A stretch of 64,000 nucleotides of DNA, from positions 1,952,001 through 2,016,000 of the forward strand of contig CAXXQS010000001.1 in the NCBI GenBank assembly GCA_963674735.2, given 5' to 3'. A program made the position numbers and the translations under genes. Shown one piece after another: positions 1 to 9,400 of the stretch. The notes beneath the pieces are model-generated. The model searched no databases, was not told the DNA's origin, and saw only the letters and a program-made list of their open reading frames with translations. The DNA comes from Myxococcota bacterium. Its GTDB lineage: Bacteria; Myxococcota_A; SURF-8. The number at the start of each line of letters is the position of its first letter. The stretch's first letter is position 1.

Positions 1-493
1 GTGAATCTGAAGTGTCAATATCGTGGACCTTATTTCGACCATACAGATCGATGCTCCGGGTCCATTCTAAGCCAATAAGACAGGACTGCATCAGGGAGGC
101 ACCTCCGTCGGGCATATCCGCAAACTGATACCCCTTCTCGATCAACTCCATGAGGAATTGGGCATTCCCTGCAAAGCAAGCTTCCCGTAGTATTACTTCG
201 GCGATCGGATGGTCTGGCGGAACGTTAACTTGCTTGAGCTTGAAAATATCGAATCTTCGGCACTCCGCTGCCCATTCTAAGGCAGACATGTCTCCATCTG
301 GATCGGGTTCATCATCTGGTGATACAGGCCCCCTGGTGTACGGATCTGCTCCTGCCCACAACATGAGCGATACCCATTTCATATTGCCTTCAAAACAATG
401 GTGTCGTAACGCGTTGTTCATTTGCTCCTGGAAGTTGGGGAATTGATGTCCGTAACGCTTGATCACACCAAGGGTAGTTCGGATTCTCCAGCA
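1..493 (-). pseudogene. Ankyrin-like hypothetical protein, 5'-truncated by IS3 and running off the left window edge
   Basis: Hand translation of the minus strand gives an open frame CWRIRTTLGVIKRYGHQFPNFQEQMNNALRHHCFEGNMKWVSLMLWAGADPYTRGP...SALEWAAE...LREACFAGNAQFLMELIEKG with ankyrin-like motifs. It abuts the IS inverted repeat at 494. Confidence 0.55.
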
Positions 494-766
494 TGCTTTG
501 CTCCCCGTTGCATGGACCACCTGAAGAGTTAGAATCCGGGTTGAGAATGAGCCATGCGGCTCGACCGTTTGGATCGTAGCACAAGTTTCCCTTCCAATCA
601 CCTTTTTCGTGATACACTTGTCGTACCCGTCCGGAGGATCGGGCTCTGCGGGAGCGCAACCCGAGCGCCGGGCGGGTGCTTATACCGATGGGCGCTGCCT
701 TATGGCGGCGTCCTTCATATTTTCGCTTTCATCATCCTCGTTTCCCTAAGGCCCATCGGATAAGCC

Positions 767-1606
767 TTAAAGCGCTAAACTCCGGGGGTTCGGGGGCAGC
801 GCCCCCGAGAAGAAACGCTGCCGCTCCTCTTGCGGCGTCCGATACTCCAGACTACTGTGTGGACGATACGTGTTGTATTTCCTACGCCACATTTCCGTCT
901 TTACCTGCGCTTCCCTAAGCGTCAGGAATATCTCCATGTTCAAATGCTCGTCGCGCACCTTCGAGTTGAAACTCTCGATGAAACCGTTCTGCCAGGGACT
1001 GCCCGCGTCGATGTGCAGCGTGTCCGTGCCGCGCTTATTGAGCCACGTCTTGAGTTTCTCGGCAATGAATTCCGGGCCATTATCACTGCGGATAAAGGCC
1101 GGATTGCCGTACTGATTGAAGAGGCCATCGAGTATGCATATTAAGTCATCCGACTTGATGCCACGGTCCACATGGATCGCCAGGCCTTCCCGCGTGTACT
1201 CGTCCTCCACCGTCAACAGCTTGATCCGCCTGCCGTTGCTGAGCGAATCGAACATGAAATCGTAAGTCCATACGTGGTTCGGGCACTCAGCCTTGACCGG
1301 CAGGCCCGCCGACTTCGTTTTCTTTTTCTTGCGCGGTTTGCGTCTTGGCAGGCAAAGCTCCATCTCCCGCCAGACGCGGTACACCCGTTTCAAATTGACG
1401 ATGTCATCCCGGACGATCACGCCCCAGGCCCGGCGATAGCCGAAACGCGGCTCGTCTTCTGCAATCGCTTTCAGTCGGGCCGCCAAGGCTGAATCATCAC
1501 GCGGATGGGCCTTGTAGTAGTACGTGGATCGTCGCAGTTTCACCAACGCGGACAGACCACGCGAGGCCGCGTGATCCACCGCACACCGACGCTGCGCCGC
1601 CTTCAC
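767..1606 (-). CDS. IS3-family transposase OrfB (DDE/rve integrase core)
   Basis: WTYDF, DEYTRE, RSDNGPEF, SPWQNGFIESFNSKVRDE, YNTYRPHSSL motifs. Overlaps the orfA end at an A7 slippery run (GAAAAAAACTGGTGA). Confidence 0.93.
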   Translation of the reverse strand: MKAAQRRCAVDHAASRGLSALVKLRRSTYYYKAHPRDDSALAARLKAIAEDEPRFGYRRAWGVIVRDDIVNLKRVYRVWREMELCLPRRKPRKKKKTKSAGLPVKAECPNHVWTYDFMFDSLSNGRRIKLLTVEDEYTREGLAIHVDRGIKSDDLICILDGLFNQYGNPAFIRSDNGPEFIAEKLKTWLNKRGTDTLHIDAGSPWQNGFIESFNSKVRDEHLNMEIFLTLREAQVKTEMWRRKYNTYRPHSSLEYRTPQEERQRFFSGALPPNPRSLAL

Positions 1607-1872
1607 CAGTTTTTTTCCAACAACTCCTTGGCCACGTCGAGTTCCAGATCCCGCTCGGCCAACAGCCGTTTCAAGCGGGCGTTCTCTTTTTCAAGATCTT
1701 TAAGCCGCTTTGTCTCCGAAACCGACAGGCCCCCGAATTTTTTGCGCCAGCGATAGAACGACTGCTCCGACACCCCGTGCTTGCGGCAGATCTCCTGCAC
1801 CGTCGAGGTCTTGCACTCCGCTTCCTTCAAAATCGTCACGATCTGCTCGTCCGAAAACCGCTTTCCTTTCAT
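1603..1872 (-). CDS. IS3-family transposase OrfA (HTH)
   Basis: MKGKRFSDEQIVTILKE...EICRKHGVSEQSFYRWRKKFGG...LEKENARLKRLLAE; AAGGAGG RBS. Confidence 0.92.
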   Translation of the reverse strand: MKGKRFSDEQIVTILKEAECKTSTVQEICRKHGVSEQSFYRWRKKFGGLSVSETKRLKDLEKENARLKRLLAERDLELDVAKELLEKNW

Positions 1873-1984
1873 CAGAATCCCTCCTTGAATCATCGGAGGA
1901 TTCTAACACATCAGCGGTCCAGCTTTTGGGGGGCAAGGCAGCATGTTAGAATTCAGCTGAATTTCCTAGAAAGGAGTCGCGGTT

Positions 1985-2260
1985 ATGGCGAAGCGAAGGA
2001 GTGTTGAAAACATCATCGGTCAGTTGCGCAAGGTCGAAGTTTTGCAATCCCAGGGGCAAACGATTGCGCAGTCTGTCAAGGCAATTGGCGTAACAGAGCA
2101 AACCTACTACCGTTGGCGCAAAGAGTATGGCCGTTTGAATCTGGACCAGGCCAAACGTCTGCGCGAGCTTGAGGATGAAAACGCCCGTCTGAAGAAGCTG
2201 GTGGCCGATCTGTCCCTGGACAAGGCGATCCTGAAGGAAGTTGCCGAGGGAAAGTTCTGA
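1985..2260 (+). CDS. IS3-family transposase OrfA
   Basis: [16 protein letters not shown]...[24 protein letters not shown]; ends at a GGGAAAG frameshift motif. Confidence 0.92.
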   Translation: MAKRRSVENIIGQLRKVEVLQSQGQTIAQSVKAIGVTEQTYYRWRKEYGRLNLDQAKRLRELEDENARLKKLVADLSLDKAILKEVAEGKF

Positions 2261-2283
2261 GCCCTGCGAAGCGGCAAGCGGCG

Positions 2284-3144
2284 GTGAGGCATGTGATGGC
2301 GATCCAGCATGTTTCCGAGCGTCGGGCTTGTTGCGTCCTGGGCCAGCCCCGTTCGACCCAACGTCGCGTTCGAATTTCTCGCTCGGACGAAGCTCTGCTG
2401 ACCCAAGCTATTGTCAAATTGGCAAGCCGTTACGGACGCTACGGATATCGTCGGATCACTGCGCTCTTACGCGCAGACGGCTGGCGTGTCAACCACAAGC
2501 GGGTGGCTCGGATCTGGCGTGAGCAGGGATTGAAAGTACCGAAGAAGCAGCCGAAGCGCGGGAGATTGTGGCTGAATGATGGGAGTTGTATTCGACTGCG
2601 GTCACTCTTTACTGATCATGTTTGGAGCTATGATTTCGTGCAGGATCGCACACGCGATGGGAGAGCTTTGCGAATTCTGTGCGTGATCGACGAGTACAGC
2701 CGGGAGTGTTTGGCACTGACGGTGAAACGGAATCTGAATTCTCAAGACGTGCTGCGAACTCTGGATGATCTGTTTATCAGGCGTGGCATCCCGAAGCATA
2801 TCCGCAGTGATAACGGGTCTGAGTTTACGGCGAAAGCAGTGCGTGACTGGCTGAAGATGCTTGCAGTGAAGCCACTCTACATCGAGCCGGGCAGTCCGTG
2901 GGAGAATGGTTACGTTGAAAGTTTCAATGGGAAACTTAGGGATGAATTGCTGAATCGAGAGTTGTTTGATAGTTTGAAGGAGGCTCAGGTTCTGATCGAA
3001 AGTTGGCGGCAACATTACAATACGGTGCGTCCGCACAGTGCGTTGGGCTACAAGCCACCAGCACCGGAGTCGATTTTACCGCCGATTGCCGTCGGAGAAT
3101 TCCAAGGTCTCCAAAGTCAATCGGCTGGTTATCGTCTAACATGA
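2284..3144 (+). CDS. IS3-family transposase OrfB
   Basis: [57 protein letters not shown]. Confidence 0.93.
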   Translation: MRHVMAIQHVSERRACCVLGQPRSTQRRVRISRSDEALLTQAIVKLASRYGRYGYRRITALLRADGWRVNHKRVARIWREQGLKVPKKQPKRGRLWLNDGSCIRLRSLFTDHVWSYDFVQDRTRDGRALRILCVIDEYSRECLALTVKRNLNSQDVLRTLDDLFIRRGIPKHIRSDNGSEFTAKAVRDWLKMLAVKPLYIEPGSPWENGYVESFNGKLRDELLNRELFDSLKEAQVLIESWRQHYNTVRPHSALGYKPPAPESILPPIAVGEFQGLQSQSAGYRLT

Positions 3145-3212
3145 AAACTGGAGTCAATATCGGGGTCAGGTCAGTACAACATGCTAATATTGGCTTCATG
3201 CCACTCAACGTG

Positions 3213-5069
3213 TCATATACCATCATTGATTGTTCTGACAAGCCGGAAGCCAACATGATTTGCTTTGTTCGCAGGTTGGCGATAACAACGTCTACCAAGT
3301 ATGCAAGCTTCCGCTGAACTTCCCCAGAAACACCCCCGAAACGCGATGCCATAGTTTTCCGAGCCCTCTGAAAAATCAATTCCCGCAGGACTCGTCTCCG
3401 GATCATTTCCAGAATATAGATGGATATCAGGATTAAATTTGTCATAAACCCATTCTCTTGTGTTTCCGAGAATATCGTAAATACAATTTCCGTTAGGCTG
3501 TTTCAATGCAATTGGCTTCGTTCCACAATATATTCCCGAAGGTCCGCCCAGTATCGAACACTCCACGGCATCTTCATACTCAACGTGAGAATTCATAAGA
3601 TACCACGCGCTTAAATCAAGCACCGGGTCCAATACATCATCGTAAATCGTAATATTTCCGTTGTATGCATAGGTCGTTGTGCCTGCTCGCGCAACATATT
3701 CCCATTCAGCCTCTGTGGGTAACCGGTAACCTTCACAATCGTAGGCGGAAGCAACCTGATTAAGCGTGATTACTGCATTGGAAATGCCTCCGCGCGTAAG
3801 GCAATCCGCCTCGGCTTCCACCGTTTCGTCGTTTCCACACGTAATGGAATCAAATATGTAACACGGGGTAAGTCCTTCCTGCTGCGACAAATTGTTTGCG
3901 TAGTGTAGGGCATCGAAATAAGTTACGCTCTCGACCGGGCAAGTTGGGCCGCAAGCGGAGAACTCTGAAGGGTTGCTTCCCATCAGCGATTCATAATCTG
4001 CTTGCGTGACCTTTGTGTTCATTACATAAATATCGCGGCTTAGTGAAACTTGATGCGGAGTCGCCATCATATCGAGGGAAAACCCCATCGTAAAGGAACC
4101 CGCTGAAATCGGCACAAAACGGCGCTCGACGACCGGTGGCGTACACGTCGATGTATCGAAAGCGGTGCATTGATCGTTACAAGTCGCTATTTCATCTGCA
4201 TAATCGGAACAGATATCGGAACACAGTATCGTGCTTGAATCACAAACTTCTTTATCTTCCAGAGTTTCATTTCCACAAATATTTTTCAGACATCTCCCGT
4301 CCTCGCAACCCAACTCGCATTCCGTAACCTCGAAGTTGTGGCAATCATAATAATATTCGTAGATGCAATTTTCCAAATTGTCTACGTTGCAACGATGCCA
4401 GCTTCCTATACATTCATTGTTGCAGGTAACACAATATGACACATCGGGACAGAAACCGTTTAAGCATTCGTGTTGCTTGACCCACGTCGTGCAGGTATCG
4501 CTTATACGCTCGCAGGTCCACATCGCCGCAAATTCCCAGTAATTACACTGTTCCTCACCGATTACGCTGCAAGGGTAGGGGCAATCCTCGCTCTCCTCTT
4601 CGGTGCTTTCATTTCCTTCGAAGCTATCGTCTTCCGTGTTGTTCTCGTTTTCATTGCTTTCAATGATTTCTAATTCTTCGTCGGCATCGAACACATCCTG
4701 CTCGACAATTTCGTTATCACCATCGCTTTCATTTTCATAATCACTATCTGAATCCAGGTCACCATCACTTACGCTCTCGCAATCACTATCGGAATCCATT
4801 CTATCGAAATCGGAATATTCATCCGATTCTTGATCGCCATCGGCAGGCAGATCACCGTCAATCGAATTGTCCTCATCGTCCGCTAACTCGCGATCCAAGT
4901 CGCCGTCTTCCGGCGTGGATGAATCATCCTCTGTAAGCTCATCAGCTTCACGATCGGACTCAATATCCAACTTGAAATCACCATCGCGATCGCCGTCGAG
5001 CGTATCGTCATTCGATGAATTGCAGGAAATACAGAGCGCAGCCAACAAGGCGAGTAATAGAAGCTTCAT
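3213..5069 (-). CDS. Lipoprotein with acidic DGD linker, Cys-rich region and C-terminal FGE-sulfatase (SUMF1) domain
   Basis: Signal peptide MKLLLLALLAALCISC; Asp/Glu-rich linker; FxMG, KVTQADY, CPVESVTYFDA, YRLPTEAEWEYVARAG, YDILGNTREWV, GFRLVRT. The ORF track start is 5084; ATG at 5069 has the better RBS. Confidence 0.85.
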   Translation of the reverse strand: MKLLLLALLAALCISCNSSNDDTLDGDRDGDFKLDIESDREADELTEDDSSTPEDGDLDRELADDEDNSIDGDLPADGDQESDEYSDFDRMDSDSDCESVSDGDLDSDSDYENESDGDNEIVEQDVFDADEELEIIESNENENNTEDDSFEGNESTEEESEDCPYPCSVIGEEQCNYWEFAAMWTCERISDTCTTWVKQHECLNGFCPDVSYCVTCNNECIGSWHRCNVDNLENCIYEYYYDCHNFEVTECELGCEDGRCLKNICGNETLEDKEVCDSSTILCSDICSDYADEIATCNDQCTAFDTSTCTPPVVERRFVPISAGSFTMGFSLDMMATPHQVSLSRDIYVMNTKVTQADYESLMGSNPSEFSACGPTCPVESVTYFDALHYANNLSQQEGLTPCYIFDSITCGNDETVEAEADCLTRGGISNAVITLNQVASAYDCEGYRLPTEAEWEYVARAGTTTYAYNGNITIYDDVLDPVLDLSAWYLMNSHVEYEDAVECSILGGPSGIYCGTKPIALKQPNGNCIYDILGNTREWVYDKFNPDIHLYSGNDPETSPAGIDFSEGSENYGIAFRGCFWGSSAEACILGRRCYRQPANKANHVGFRLVRTINDGI

Positions 5070-5136
5070 GCTCGTCCACCTCATGAAGGGAAATGAATTA
5101 TCCCCAATATTCGATCACTACAGGAATAAAGTTTCC

Positions 5137-6471
5137 TTATTGGGTCCATTCATCGAGCGGCCCGGCGATCCCGCGAATGGAATAATCGTAGGGCGATAGC
5201 CACATTACATCGCCGTCGTCGGTAACAAGCCAGTGCTGCGTCGAGCCGAGAATCGCATCGGAGGCTGGTGTGCCATTCGGCGCGAAACCATAAAGATTGG
5301 ACTGCATGGGCACACCTGCGACCCGCTGGAGACCACCACGCTCGGCATCAATAATGAAAAGAGCGGAGTGAGTGCCCGAGAGGACGTAGGTAATTCCGTT
5401 ATAGGAAATAATGCTTTTATTGCTTATACAACAATCTAAAGAAAATGGCAGCCATGCCGCTTCGCACTCAGGATATTCAACCCAATGCTTGCACACCTCC
5501 AGTTCGGGCTCCAGGTGCGTTTCCAACAACCAATCTCCATTTTCGTTCGTATCTATTGAAACAAGCCGACCAATAAACTCTGCCCAGCCCCGCCGATTTA
5601 GGATAGGAAAAAGGAATCCTCCATAATTTGAGTATTCCGGTTTATTGATTCCTCCACACGCCGAATAGTAGGTGCCGTCAGGATCACAATATGACCGAAT
5701 CAGCTCCATGTAATTGTTCTGAATCGACACTCTATAAAATCCACTTTCCTTGCGCATTACAATACTTTCTTCAGTTTCTTCTTTCATACGACCAATAATA
5801 TCAATTTCAGACCAGTTCGCGATTGAAAGAAAATGAAAATGAGATTCTTTCTCGGTTAAATCATAAGCTAATATCCCTGATGCGACATAATCAGGATTCT
5901 CGTATAGCCATCCGTCTTTATAGAATGATAAATATAATCTATCATCAATAATAACACTATCAATGACTTCGGGCGGAGTTGTCTGCGGCTCCCATCCTTG
6001 TTCGGAAATCTCCGGCAACTTGATGTAATCCAAAATCTCGGACGTCTCTTCCGTCAGCGAATACAAGACGAAATCCCAGTCCTTGTTGTAACTGATTTTA
6101 GTGGGATCAATTGCTAGAATTCGCTTGTTGGCTTCGTCCCAAACAATCGGAAAATTCATGCCGGTTGTCGGGATTTGCGGGTAATAATCGCGCGGGAAAA
6201 AGCCCCAGGTGAAGGTCTGCCCCGTCTCAACTTCATCACGCCAGAGAGTTTTTGGATACTCCACATCCGCGGGATTTTCCGGGCGGGGTCGCGCTTCTGC
6301 CTCTTGTTCCTCTTCCACCTCGATATCGCTGTCGCCATCGATTTCGAGGTCTTCATCCCCGCCGCTCAACTCACCGCCACCGCAACCGACGACCAGCACT
6401 AGGCACAAATATACAATTACTGCCCATCCGCATCCGCGGTTTCGACACTTCCGGCTACGCTTCTTGCTCAT
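5137..6471 (-). CDS. Hypothetical lipoprotein, possible beta-propeller (NHL-like C-terminus)
   Basis: Lipobox LVVGC, acidic linker, LQRVAG...GFAPNGTPASDAILG resembles an NHL blade. Start overlaps the upstream stop by 4 nt (6468-6471). Confidence 0.6.
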   Translation of the reverse strand: MSKKRSRKCRNRGCGWAVIVYLCLVLVVGCGGGELSGGDEDLEIDGDSDIEVEEEQEAEARPRPENPADVEYPKTLWRDEVETGQTFTWGFFPRDYYPQIPTTGMNFPIVWDEANKRILAIDPTKISYNKDWDFVLYSLTEETSEILDYIKLPEISEQGWEPQTTPPEVIDSVIIDDRLYLSFYKDGWLYENPDYVASGILAYDLTEKESHFHFLSIANWSEIDIIGRMKEETEESIVMRKESGFYRVSIQNNYMELIRSYCDPDGTYYSACGGINKPEYSNYGGFLFPILNRRGWAEFIGRLVSIDTNENGDWLLETHLEPELEVCKHWVEYPECEAAWLPFSLDCCISNKSIISYNGITYVLSGTHSALFIIDAERGGLQRVAGVPMQSNLYGFAPNGTPASDAILGSTQHWLVTDDGDVMWLSPYDYSIRGIAGPLDEWTQ

Positions 6472-9400
6472 TCAACCTCTTTCCAGTAGGCAACCGGAGA
6501 TTTTAATCGGGCCACGACAAACACCACGTCGATACGACTGATCTTATCGACATCCTTCCATGTGTTATCGAATTCGTTCTGATAGGAATATGGCGTAGGA
6601 TAATCCTGGCCTATCTGGCTCATTAGGATGTCCGGCGCATCGGTATCCCTCTGCTCATTATAGCAGAGATTGCTTGGAATGGAGTAGCCATAGTCTCGAT
6701 TATGCGATCTGACCACCCGAGTTAGCTCTTCCGCCCGATCGCCATCGTAAACCAGATACCAAGACCCTAAGACAGGAAGACCTCGGATATGTGAAGAGTA
6801 GAGGTATTCCATATCTTGCATTATGGAACCGCTACGATAATCGTTTACAATTGTTCCGTTTCCCGTGGTTGCGGCATCTTCATGGAAAAGATGCTGTCGC
6901 TCATACCAGCTAAGCAAAGGTTTCGGACACGTCACCGCCCGTTTTGCAATTTCTCCACTTAGACCTTTAAACGAAACCGTGACTGGGCTGTTGCATGTCA
7001 ATTCTCCATCGATCCTAAGCGGCTCAAGCCCCCAAGCGGCAGCATTGACAATAAACAGGTTTCCTTGATCATCTTTGTGCGGAAATCCGTTTTCGTAATA
7101 ATAAAAGTTGTCGTGTACACCGCCATCGGGACATTCCAGCGGATTTACTCCTGTTGATGGATCATTGTCCAAATCCGCCGTTATGCAGCAGTTAACCTGC
7201 ATACCCGTTTGTGCGTCATACTCACACCAGTAATCGGCATAATAAACCTTATACCGCACCTCGTAAACGACCGGAGGCGCGATATGTATTCCATTTTCAT
7301 CAACGATGCTCTCGTAGGTATTAATTCCAAGATCCTGCGGAGACACCGTGAACTTGGTCACACCTTTCGAAAGAAAGGCATCCGCAGGTCCAGCGTAGTG
7401 GCAATCCTCGTCCGGACAAACTTCGAACGAGCTTCTATCGCAGTAGCGCGGCTGCTCGATCAGCAAGGTCGCCTGACAGTTTTCTCCGTTTTCATCGCAA
7501 TCTTCGACCATCTCCCCGGTATCTTCTGCCTCGTAGTAACATGGAATACGTTCGAGCGTCTTCACGACATACGTAAAGGGCATAAACGTTTGACCGCCAT
7601 CGCCGAGTGACAATTTCAGATTATCGACACTTTCCGCGAGTAGACTTGCATAGCCGCTAGTCATGCTCTCAATCTTTTCTTCAATATTCTCTACTATCCA
7701 ATGATCTTCATTGTAATCCTTTCTTGCTTCTAATACCTTTTCTCTATATGATGAATCAATAGCATCATATTCTTGTTCCTGCATGATGGCAGGCAACTGG
7801 AAACGGTAGTTAGACAGGTTATCCCAAAGGCTGGTGTGAAAACCATATCTGGGATAACGCTTGAAAGCGTTTTCCTGCGGACTCCAAGATGCGGGAAGCG
7901 TAACATAGGGCGGGACTTCACTCTGCCCTAAAGTCGTGTACATAATCTGCGAAGCGCTGTAGATCTCTCGTTTTGCGGCCTCGACGGAAAGCCTCAATCC
8001 TTCGCATGTACTACCCAACCCAACACGGTCGTATTGATCGTCGCGCCAATTCAAATTAACGTATTTCCGCCAACTCGCGATATCTTCCAAAAATGTTTCC
8101 TGGTTTTCGATGTTCTGTCCATGGTAATTCATTGTCAATAGCGCCTGTTGTAACTGCATTTGTATCATCTGGGAGCTGATGCGCATTGATTCAACGATTT
8201 GTGAAATCGTTAATAACTGAATTTGGAATTCAGCCAAATGCATTTCTAAAAACGCCCGATCATTTCCGGGACAAGGATCTGTTCCAAATATCCACTCTAA
8301 AACCGTACTGAGTGTCCCCAGAGCTTCGCCAATGGGTCCGAAAAAGTCTGCCATTTCGCCTAAAACATCCGAAACCTCACCCAAATTTTCGTATACACCG
8401 AAATATTCCGGCATGGCCATACTCATGAGATAGTTATCTCGCATTTCATATAAACGCATCGTGTTTTCATCAAAGCAAAGTTGCCGTATCTTATCGCACA
8501 ATGTTTTCCCTTTACTAAAAGCTTGTGTCATGTATCCATTCACATCGCGTGCGGTGTTCAACATTTCCGTATTTATATACTCTTCACCGTAACATCTATC
8601 CGTCATTTCGTTGAGCATCTGCACAAGGCCAGTTTCCCGATTGCAAACAAGTCCCTCTTCCGTCATATCGCAACCCAGCATTAGTTGCGCACGTCTCGCA
8701 AAGCCATCCAGAGACTCGTTAAGTTCTGCCTCTAATGCGATTAAGCTATCCACTAGCATTTTGAAATCGTAAATCTGCTTTGAGGATGTGTTGATCTGTT
8801 GATCCGCATATCTAGTCAGAATTTCGCCCATCATGTCCATTCGTTCTTGAAGTCCCTGAGTAAAGATCGCATCTTGGCGTCGATCTCGAAGGGTTGTAAG
8901 CAAAATATTGATGCTATCTTGAAGCTTGTACCAGCGTTGAATATAACTATCGAACCCAGTTGGACGCGATACATAAGCGTAGGAATTCAAATATGGATCC
9001 ATATATGAAGGATTTTCGTAATCTTCTCCTTCATTTGCTAAATCGAAGTTTGACAACTGATACCAAGATCGTGCAAGTGAACCATAAGGCATATCTATTG
9101 AGTTCACCTTAATGCCCAGCAAGTCTTCTTGTTTCGGATTCCTATATTCTTCCAACTTTTCAAATGTATCAGATCTTAATGCACACTCTTTTACTGAATA
9201 GGGATGTTGTCCCACTATGACATATCGATTAGTTTTAAAATAATTATCTATTGCTTTAGCGAATAATAATGTCAATCTCGGAGAATTCGGGTAATACATT
9301 GGTAAAGCATCAAACAGCTCATATGCAAGTTTCAGGAAATTGTTTTTATCTCTCATTGGTATGGCAGCTGCATCATCTGCTCTATCTGCAGCCTGCAAAT

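Larger units (their letters stand above)
494..1940 (-). mobile_element. IS3-family insertion sequence, complete
   Basis: Imperfect terminal IRs TGCTTTGCTCCCCGTTGCATGGACCACCTGAAGAGTTAGAATCC (from 494) and the reverse complement ending at 1940, TGCCTTGCCCCCCAAAAGCTGGACCGCTGATGTGTTAGAATCC. TG..CA ends, GCA on both flanks, orfA/orfB inside. Confidence 0.9.
1941..3173 (+). mobile_element. IS3-family (IS407-like) element lacking the outer part of its left IR
   Basis: Right end ...CTGGAGTCAATATCGGGGTCAGGTCA at 3173. No matching TGACCTG... left end; the element abuts the first IS at 1940. Confidence 0.85.

Noticed and set aside
3213-3420. Diversity-generating retroelement targeting the FGE or Lcl C-type-lectin-fold C-termini
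   Set aside because: No reverse transcriptase in the window and no adenine-variant template repeat seen. The 102-bp repeat differs mainly at third positions, not specifically at adenines. A remote DGR cannot be excluded.
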